DNA of 23,874 bases. It comes from Candidatus Fraserbacteria bacterium. GTDB taxonomy: Bacteria; Bipolaricaulota; Bipolaricaulia; RBG-16-55-9. Made by a program: the position numbers and the translations under genes. Below the pieces are notes generated by a model. The model was not told where the DNA came from, made no database searches, and saw only the letters and a list, made by a program, of their open reading frames with translations. Positions 17,258 to 23,874 of this stretch are shown piece by piece; positions within the stretch are counted from its first letter, which is position 1; every line of letters begins with the position of its first letter. The stretch spans positions 1-23,874 of the forward strand of contig JBBIPG010000034.1 of the NCBI GenBank assembly GCA_037442925.1, given 5' to 3'.

Positions 17258-18058
17258 TCAGATGTACTTCCAGCGGCAGAGCCAGTGCTCCAAAATCTCG
17301 ATCAGAATATAGATTCCGAGGCCCAACAGCCCAATGGCCATGATGCCAGCGAAAACCTTCTCGAAGCTGAACATTCCAAACGAGGCGTTGATATAAGAGC
17401 CCAAACCCAGGGGGGTCTTGATGACCGTCTCAGCAAGGTAGAGGGCGAAGATGCCAAGTCCTAAGCTGATGCGCAGGCTCGTGAAGATGGCGGGCAGCGA
17501 TCCCGGTAGCACCACATGCCAGTAGATCTTCGCATGGCTCACGCCGGCAGCCAACGCACTCAGCACGTAATCTCTGGGGATGTTCGCGGCCGCATCGCGT
17601 GCGGAAACCAGCAATTGAAAGAAGACCACCAACACGATGAAACTGATCTTCGCGGCTTCGCTCTGTACGCCAAGGAGCATAAACAGAATGGGCCAGAAGA
17701 CGACCTTGGGAATGGGATAGGCTGTATACACCAGAGGGGAGAGCAGCGGACGAGCCCAACGCTCATGACCGATGGAGAGCCCCAGTGGGACAGCCAGAAC
17801 GAATGAGATGAGCAGCGAAACAGTCAGGCGCAATCCCGTGGCCAACGAGTGAATTCCAATCTCTTGCCAGTGCGCAGGGAAGACTTGTAAGGCTTCAAGG
17901 GGACCGGGGAGCACCCGCCAGCGAGGATTCGGCTTAAGCTCTCCGGTCCGGGGATCGGGTATGGGAGGAAAAGCCCAATGCATGGCCCAGCTGGCCAGTT
18001 GCCAAAGAACGAGTATGACCAGAATACTCAAGACGTAGCCCAACACTTCTCGTTTCAT
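17258..18058 (-). CDS. NitT/TauT family ABC importer permease
   Basis: Multiple TM segments, PIPKV, EAA-like loop followed by VVLPGSLPAIFTSLR. Confidence 0.9.
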   Translation of the reverse strand: MKREVLGYVLSILVILVLWQLASWAMHWAFPPIPDPRTGELKPNPRWRVLPGPLEALQVFPAHWQEIGIHSLATGLRLTVSLLISFVLAVPLGLSIGHERWARPLLSPLVYTAYPIPKVVFWPILFMLLGVQSEAAKISFIVLVVFFQLLVSARDAAANIPRDYVLSALAAGVSHAKIYWHVVLPGSLPAIFTSLRISLGLGIFALYLAETVIKTPLGLGSYINASFGMFSFEKVFAGIMAIGLLGLGIYILIEILEHWLCRWKYI

Positions 18059-18792
18059 GAGCGTAAGAGTGCCCGGATTTCACTCACTTTCTGGAAGAAC
18101 TGGCTACTTTGCCGATAGGCTTCTTCTCCCACTCCGGCGTTGGTGATGACATCGACGATCTTCGCCGGACGCTGCGAGAGGGCGACAATGCGTTGTCCCA
18201 GGAAGACGGCTTCTTCAATGTCATGCGTCACCAGCAGCAGGGTAAATCCGTGCTTCTTCCAGAGAGCGAGAATCAAGTTTTGTGTGTGCTCTTTTGTGAG
18301 GGTGTCGAGTGCGGCCAGCGGCTCGTCCATGAGCAACAGACGGGCGTTCTGTGCCAGAGCACGAGCGAGGCCCACCCGCTTCTTCTCGCCACCAGAGAGC
18401 TGTGATGGATATCGTTGCTCCATCCCCTCTAGCCCCAGCTCTCGTAGTGCACGTTTGATCCGCTTGAGCCACCCTGTGCCGTGGAGGGGCAGGCCAAAGA
18501 TGGCATTCTGCCAGACGGTCTTCCAAGGGAGCAGCCCCGTATCTTGCAAGATCAGCGCCACATCCGGACGCGGATGGGTGATAGCTTCTCCGGCGATGAC
18601 CACTTGACCGGCACTCGGCCGGATCAATCCCGCCAATATGTAGAGCAGGCTGCTCTTGCCGCAACCGGAGGGCCCAATGATCGCTACGCTCTCACCTGCC
18701 TCCACGCGGAGGCTTATCCCGGCGATGACCTGAGTCTCCCGCGCCCCATGGCCATCGGGATACGCCAAGGACAAGCCATCGACTTCAATCAT
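18055..18792 (-). CDS. NitT/TauT family ABC importer ATP-binding protein
   Basis: GPSGCGKS, LLPWKTV, LSGGE, LLMDEP and VTHDIEEAVFL motifs. Confidence 0.93.
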   Translation of the reverse strand: MIEVDGLSLAYPDGHGARETQVIAGISLRVEAGESVAIIGPSGCGKSSLLYILAGLIRPSAGQVVIAGEAITHPRPDVALILQDTGLLPWKTVWQNAIFGLPLHGTGWLKRIKRALRELGLEGMEQRYPSQLSGGEKKRVGLARALAQNARLLLMDEPLAALDTLTKEHTQNLILALWKKHGFTLLLVTHDIEEAVFLGQRIVALSQRPAKIVDVITNAGVGEEAYRQSSQFFQKVSEIRALLRS

Positions 18793-19832
18793 GAGCCGTT
18801 GAAACGATCCGTGAACGCCAGCTCAAACGGAACGGCAGCACGCAGGTATCCCTTCGAAAGTGCCCAGCTGGAGACGGACTGGAACTCGTCGGCCAGGAGC
18901 GCCCGTGGTTGGGGGAAAGCAGGGATTAGATATTCCCGTAGGAAGTCTTCTGCTCCCGGTGGCAGCTCCTCTCGTTTCACTCCTGGGAAGAAGAACTGCA
19001 GGGCAGCGTTCAAGCCCACCTCGACCACTTGCTCCCTCGGAAGAGTTGCGAGCAGCGAGACGACTTCCCGATATCCCTCATAGAAGCGTTCGATTCGATC
19101 CGAGTCCTCGTCAATGATCCGGTTCTGGAACGCCAATACACTGGGCGTCAGTTTCTGGTTCTTATAGTCGGCCAAGAGGACAACTGGAGATCCCTCGGCC
19201 CCAGTGATGAATTCGAGATACGAGCCCATGGGCTCAGGGAGCACAGCGGCGAGAATGCTTCCTTGCCCCAGGAGTGTGGCCAAGAGCACCAGATCTTCGT
19301 AGTCAGAGTACTGTTTGCTCTCATCCAGGGTGACGCCTTGACTGGTGATCAGGCGATCCGTTTCGTACTCCATGTCCGTCTGTCTGAGAAGTCCGATGGT
19401 GCGACTGTTCTTGCCATCGAGGCGCCGGAGCAAGGTGGTAAGATCCGTGATGCCGGAGAAGTGATGAGTCGTGAGTGAGTATCGGCGGCTGTTGTCGATA
19501 ACTTCGTAGGCCGTGCTCGTGATCTTCACGGGCGCGTCGGCGGCGATGAGCTGAAGTACTGAAGCGACATCCGTGAGGGCTCCATCTACGGCTCCGCTGA
19601 ACAAGTTCACATTTCGTTGAGTGCGGCTGGAAAAGCCGACTAGCTCGACCTCAAGTCCGTGTTTCGTGAAGATCTGTTGGTCGTTGGCGAAGGCGAAGGG
19701 AAAGCTATCGATCATCGGGGGCAGGCTCAGCTTGAGCTTGGAGAGCTGCTGGCTTCGAAGTGCGTCGCCCCAAAAAGAGGCGGCAAGTAGCGCAACCCCC
19801 ACCGACTTTAAGAAGTCTCTTCGTGTGGGAAT
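18789..19832 (-). CDS. NitT/TauT family substrate-binding protein with Tat signal; proposed ATT start
   Basis: FTKHGLEVELV and LPEP motifs. The in-frame upstream extension gives (I/M)PTRRDFLKSVGVALLAASFW. AGGAGG lies 9 nt before ATT, and there is an in-frame stop at 19839-19841. Confidence 0.85.
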   Translation of the reverse strand: MPTRRDFLKSVGVALLAASFWGDALRSQQLSKLKLSLPPMIDSFPFAFANDQQIFTKHGLEVELVGFSSRTQRNVNLFSGAVDGALTDVASVLQLIAADAPVKITSTAYEVIDNSRRYSLTTHHFSGITDLTTLLRRLDGKNSRTIGLLRQTDMEYETDRLITSQGVTLDESKQYSDYEDLVLLATLLGQGSILAAVLPEPMGSYLEFITGAEGSPVVLLADYKNQKLTPSVLAFQNRIIDEDSDRIERFYEGYREVVSLLATLPREQVVEVGLNAALQFFFPGVKREELPPGAEDFLREYLIPAFPQPRALLADEFQSVSSWALSKGYLRAAVPFELAFTDRFNGS

Positions 19833-19857
19833 AACCAGTCACCTCCTGAATGTGTTG

Positions 19858-19886
19858 ATTATAGCTTCTTTGGAAGAGACGGGCAA
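19858..19886 (-). promoter_or_regulatory. promoter for the ABC importer-nadK operon
   Basis: TTGCCC, 17 nt, TATAAT. Confidence 0.65.
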
Positions 19887-19913
19887 TGGTGAGCGCAACG
19901 TAATGGGGAGGGC

Positions 19914-19942
19914 TTGTCTTCCCCATGGTTTGCGATTATAAT
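19914..19942 (+). promoter_or_regulatory. promoter for the small peptide and 211-aa gene
   Basis: TTGTCT, 17 nt, TATAAT. Confidence 0.65.
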
Positions 19943-19973
19943 GGGGCACTTGAAAAGGGAGGTGTGACGTAGG

Positions 19974-20063
19974 ATGATCATCATAGACGCCACGCTCTTC
20001 TTGTTCTTTGCCTTCTGGTTCATCTTCTTGGCTGTGCTCCTGGCTTTCTTGGTTGGCTTCTAG
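19974..20063 (+). CDS. 29-aa hydrophobic peptide MIIIDATLFLFFAFWFIFLAVLLAFLVGF
   Basis: First ORF after the promoter; GGAGG at 19958-19962; single TM helix; too short to appear in the ORF track. Confidence 0.7.
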   Translation: MIIIDATLFLFFAFWFIFLAVLLAFLVGF

Positions 20064-20113
20064 AGGGAGCCTTCGGCTAAGCGCGAGAGCTTAAGAAAAG
20101 AGGAGGGATCGCG

Positions 20114-20749
20114 ATGCGGCGAATCGCCTTGCAGATATTCGTCGTTTTGGGTGTACTGATTGGTCTATTCGGATTTTGGAATCCACTCGGACAGGCTCAG
20201 GATGCCATTGAGGAATGGGCCAAGCAGCAGATCAGCGAAAAGACCGGAATCGATCCCAAACTGCTGGCGACCCTCTTTGTTACCGATGGTTCTGATCAGC
20301 TGATCTTGGCCTTCGTCTACATCACTGCCGAGGTCTTGGAGAGCAACCTCAAGCCGGATCTCAAAGAGGCCATTGCGCCCTTCGTGGGACAGAGAGCCAT
20401 GCTTACCCTCGTCGTCCCCACGCGTCGCTCTCTGTTTAACCCCATGGACATCTCGTTCTCGCAAGATGGGTTCGTCTATCTCATCGGGCCAAACCAGATT
20501 CATCCCATCACGAGCGACTTCCAAGCTGGAGAGCTTGCGGCCAACGTCGTGAGTTCCGGCGTGATCGAGTTGCCCCAAGGTCTGGACATCAACCGCTCCT
20601 TCCAGATCAGTTTTCGAGCCCACTCGACGACCTTTTCGCTCAGCGGCTCTCAAGTTCCGGGATTTAGTACCCCGACATCGGGGTTCTTGCTCTTCTTCTT
20701 ACAGCTCATCTTTCTACTCTTCCTCTTCCCGTTCTTGCTGGGGATTTAG
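20114..20749 (+). CDS. hypothetical exported protein with C-terminal hydrophobic tail
   Basis: AGGAGG SD; signal peptide ending GQA; Ser/Thr/Gly linker then a 21-residue hydrophobic C-terminus. Confidence 0.8.
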   Translation: MRRIALQIFVVLGVLIGLFGFWNPLGQAQDAIEEWAKQQISEKTGIDPKLLATLFVTDGSDQLILAFVYITAEVLESNLKPDLKEAIAPFVGQRAMLTLVVPTRRSLFNPMDISFSQDGFVYLIGPNQIHPITSDFQAGELAANVVSSGVIELPQGLDINRSFQISFRAHSTTFSLSGSQVPGFSTPTSGFLLFFLQLIFLLFLFPFLLGI

Positions 20750-21833
20750 ATCCGCTCGCCTGAAGAGCCTCGATGATCTTCTGATTGGCCCTAGGAAACG
20801 CATATCGAGCCAAGTCGCTGATCTCGACCCAGGCCCAGTTGGTACATCTAAGCGCTCGCGGCGTGCCTTGACGCCAAATGCACTCAAAGGCGTGAAGCAT
20901 CACGCGAAAATGGCTGTAGGCATGGCGCACGCTCGTGAGGCGCCTTTTCACGTCAATGGCGATTCCCAACTCCTCACGAACCTCTCTCTGTACGCATTCT
21001 TCCAAGGTCTCGTTGGGTTTGCGTTTGCCTCCGGGGAACTCCCAGAGCCCTCCGAGCAGTCCTTCTGGAGGTCGTTGTGCAATCAGTAATCTCCCATCCT
21101 TCCAGATGAGTCCAATGGCGACTTCATGTTGAGGGAGCGCACGATGGGGAGCCTTCACGGGAAGCCGATCTTGCATGCCGAGACGGTTGGCATGGCAGAG
21201 CGTTCTTACAGGGCAGACAGTGCAACAAGGCACTTTGGGAAGGCAGATCCTGGCTCCCAGCTCCATGAGGGCTTGGTTGAAGGTTCCCGCTCGCCCCATG
21301 GGGAGAAGTCCTTTGAGCAGGGTCTCCAAGCGACTCTCGACGTGGCGCAAACGGGGATTCTTCGCCACACAAAAAACGCGACAGAGCACACGGCGCACAT
21401 TGCCATCGAGAGCGATCCTATCCTGACCAAAGGCCATGCTCAAAATGGCTCCGGCTGTGTACCGTCCGATGCCGGGCAGCTCCATTAACTCTGGCTGGCT
21501 GCTGGGAATTACTCCGTCATGTTGATTCATGACGACGTGGGCGGCGCGGTGCAAGTTGCGAGCGCGGGCGTAATACCCTAGGCCTTCCCAGGTTTTGAGC
21601 ACTCGATTGAGGGGTGCTTGTGCGAGTCTTCGCACGGTTGGAAATTCTTTGATGAAGCGTTGGTAATAACGCTTGGCTGTGGCCACTCGCGTCTGTTGCA
21701 GCATGATCTCCGCGACCCAGATTCGATAGGGATCCCTCATCTTCCGCCAGGGGAGCGTCCGGTGGTGAGATGCATACCAGCGTAGCAATCTCCTGACGAA
21801 TTGCTCTTGCTGGGCGGGTGTGAGACGCTTCAC
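20706..21833 (-). CDS. mutY: A/G-specific adenine glycosylase with C-terminal NUDIX domain
   Basis: EIMLQQT, WEGLGYYARARNL, LPGIGRYTA HhH, DGNVRRV, and the C-X6-C-X2-C-X5-C FeS motif. Confidence 0.96.
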   Translation of the reverse strand: MKRLTPAQQEQFVRRLLRWYASHHRTLPWRKMRDPYRIWVAEIMLQQTRVATAKRYYQRFIKEFPTVRRLAQAPLNRVLKTWEGLGYYARARNLHRAAHVVMNQHDGVIPSSQPELMELPGIGRYTAGAILSMAFGQDRIALDGNVRRVLCRVFCVAKNPRLRHVESRLETLLKGLLPMGRAGTFNQALMELGARICLPKVPCCTVCPVRTLCHANRLGMQDRLPVKAPHRALPQHEVAIGLIWKDGRLLIAQRPPEGLLGGLWEFPGGKRKPNETLEECVQREVREELGIAIDVKRRLTSVRHAYSHFRVMLHAFECIWRQGTPRALRCTNWAWVEISDLARYAFPRANQKIIEALQASGSKSPARTGRGRVER

Positions 21834-21836
21834 GTT

Positions 21837-22190
21837 TTAGAGTTGCAGATGTGCGGTCCACAACTGCCGTTCACGTTTGAGGGCGTCCCAAAAGCTCTTC
21901 AACTTGTAGCGGCTGTAGCCCCGGAGAGCTTCCTCGAGCTTCCGATGAGCCCGGCGGGTAAGACAGTAGACTGAAGTATCGGGCCCTTGAGGAGAGGGCC
22001 AGAACTCAAAGATGCATTGGCGGTGGATGAGGTCTTCCAAACAGTAGGACAAGATAGGCAACGACCGATGGAGCGTGCCGGAGAGGGTCATGGGAGTGGC
22101 GTGGCTCTCATACCACAGGTAGCGCAGGATCTCTGCCTCGATGTTCCGTTGTTCCTCTCGATCTAGTGTTTGTATCTCCATCACGATCAC
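21837..22190 (-). CDS. hypothetical protein, possible winged-helix fold
   Basis: GAGGT SD 7 nt before GTG; pattern EILRYL...LS..L....CLEDL...YCLT resembles MarR-like wHTH; ends 3 nt upstream of mutY. Confidence 0.6.
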   Translation of the reverse strand: MIVMEIQTLDREEQRNIEAEILRYLWYESHATPMTLSGTLHRSLPILSYCLEDLIHRQCIFEFWPSPQGPDTSVYCLTRRAHRKLEEALRGYSRYKLKSFWDALKRERQLWTAHLQL

Positions 22191-22255
22191 GGTTCATACC
22201 TCGTGGTTTGTTCTGTTTATATCTCAATGGGAGGGGGCAAGTCAATAGGTTTCCC

Positions 22256-23023
22256 TCAGGCTTTAATGCCTTTGAGCAAGCTCTCTACGCCGCTGGCAAA
22301 CAGATTGTTTACACCTGTGCAGAGCCACTGAAATCCTCTCTTCTGCCAATGATGATACTCCTCGGCGGTTCTGGCGATGGTGCCCACGAATTTTCCAGCT
22401 GCGATGGCTTGTTGGCCCAGCTTCTCGATGAGCGAAAGAACATGAGGGTGAGTGGTCTGGCCGGGAAATCCCAGGGCGGATGAGAGATCGGAAGGGCCGA
22501 AGAAGACGAGATCGATGTGCTCGACGGAGAGGATGTCGCTAAAGTGTTTGACGGCCTCTTGTGTTTCTACTTGAACAGCGATGAAGGTCTCTTCGTTCGA
22601 TGTCTTCACATGTGCGGCGAGTCCGCCTGCAATCAGGCCCCACTCGGAGGCGCGGCTGGCAGCCAAGCCCCTCTTGCCAATAGGGGGATACTTCACAGCG
22701 GCGACCACCCGCTCTGCATCTTCTTTGGTGTTGACCAGCGGGATCATCACGTTCCAAGCTCCGCTCTCCAGAAATTTCTGGATCACTTGTGGATGGTTTT
22801 CCCCAATGCGAGTGACACAAGGAAGCCCTCGTACCTCGGCCGCGCGATAGAGTGCTTCCGCCGTTTCTGCCGTGAGGCTCGAGTGTTCCCCATCGAGAAT
22901 GATGAAGTCCATCCCGAGAATGCCCAGCAGTTCCACCAACGCTGGAGAATGAATCGTTGAGAAAGCTCCGACGAGGGCTTCGCCCTTCTTCAGTCTTTCC
23001 TTCATGACATTGACGCATGCCAT
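22256..23023 (-). CDS. HpcH/HpaI aldolase family protein
   Basis: ILDGEHS, KYPPIGKRG, VQVET and FFGPSDLS motifs. Confidence 0.93.
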   Translation of the reverse strand: MACVNVMKERLKKGEALVGAFSTIHSPALVELLGILGMDFIILDGEHSSLTAETAEALYRAAEVRGLPCVTRIGENHPQVIQKFLESGAWNVMIPLVNTKEDAERVVAAVKYPPIGKRGLAASRASEWGLIAGGLAAHVKTSNEETFIAVQVETQEAVKHFSDILSVEHIDLVFFGPSDLSSALGFPGQTTHPHVLSLIEKLGQQAIAAGKFVGTIARTAEEYHHWQKRGFQWLCTGVNNLFASGVESLLKGIKA

Positions 23024-23027
23024 AGGA

Positions 23028-23645
23028 TCATCCTGGCTGGAGAATGGCTTGCAAACCCAATCGTATCATCATGACGGCATACGCCGCCAGGAGCAAGTAG
23101 ACGATTTTCGAGAGGGCGCGAATCCCATCGGTTCCCAAGAACCTCGTAAGTTGCTCTGCACCCAAGAAGGCCACGACCACGATGACGAGATTGGCCAGCA
23201 AGGACAAGACCGTCATCAAAGGACCGTGTAGATCCACCAAGATCAAGATGGTTGTGAGCACAGCGGGCCCAACGAGGAAGGGCAATGCCAGGGGTACAAC
23301 CCCAATGCCGACACTCGGAGCACCCTTGTGTTCCTCCTCCGGAGTTCCCGTCCGCACAAGATCTAAGACAGCTAAGGCCAGAAGCACGATGCCGCCGGCG
23401 ATCTTAAAGTCGTCGACGGTGATGCCCAGCACTCGGAGGATGAATTTGCCGATGAAGGAGAAGGCGATGCTCACGGCAGCCGCCGTCAGCACGGATTGCC
23501 AGATGATCTTCTGTTTCTCGGACGGATGCATCCCGCGGGTCAGGGCGAGATAGAAGGGGATGACGCCCACGACGTCAATCGCTACAAAAAGCGGCAGGAA
23601 CGTGAGAACAAACGCTTTGAGACTCAGCTCAGGCATGCGGTGCAT
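23028..23645 (-). CDS. MarC family membrane protein
   Basis: LFVAID, FKIAGGIVL and VPLALPFLVGPA motifs. The start may instead be ATG 23636. Confidence 0.92.
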   Translation of the reverse strand: MHRMPELSLKAFVLTFLPLFVAIDVVGVIPFYLALTRGMHPSEKQKIIWQSVLTAAAVSIAFSFIGKFILRVLGITVDDFKIAGGIVLLALAVLDLVRTGTPEEEHKGAPSVGIGVVPLALPFLVGPAVLTTILILVDLHGPLMTVLSLLANLVIVVVAFLGAEQLTRFLGTDGIRALSKIVYLLLAAYAVMMIRLGLQAILQPG

Positions 23646-23674
23646 CGCCTCCGTTTGGCATTATACTCTTTCGG

Positions 23675-23703
23675 TTGACTTGGGTGAGGCTTTCCGGTAA
23701 GCT
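23675..23703 (+). promoter_or_regulatory. promoter for the tRNA transcript
   Basis: TTGACT, 17 nt, TAAGCT, ending 15 nt before tRNA-Ile. Confidence 0.7.
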
Positions 23704-23718
23704 AGTTTTCGCGCTTTT

Positions 23719-23871
<153 letters not shown>

Positions 23872-23874
23872 CGG

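Overview
Bacterial genomic window of moderately high GC, mostly housekeeping and metabolic genes. In order: an acyl-CoA catabolic cluster (acyl-CoA dehydrogenase, GNAT, CoA ligase, class III CoA-transferase; minus strand), hup, corA, a GabT-like aminotransferase divergent from panD, an exported M1 peptidase, a GlmU-like nucleotidyltransferase, an alpha/beta hydrolase, an ABC-2 exporter, a cold-shock gene, NAD kinase with a NitT/TauT-type ABC importer, mutY, an HpcH aldolase, a MarC-family gene and a tRNA-Ile/tRNA-Ala pair. The standout is the first ~750 nt. A strong sigma70-type promoter drives a c-di-GMP-I riboswitch aptamer that carries an unusual 9-nt-periodic hairpin insert. No credible downstream gene follows. 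Instead there is a ~400-nt, densely base-paired region, and one of its hairpin loops is exactly complementary to the first 12 nt of the predicted transcript, in competition with the aptamer's P1 stem. This suggests a ligand-gated large ncRNA. Other notable items: a Tat-signal binding protein that appears to need an ATT start codon, a 29-aa membrane peptide that mirrors the C-terminal tail of the next gene, and ITS-type tRNAs with their own promoter and no 16S gene upstream. All RNA folds were made by eye and no searches were run.
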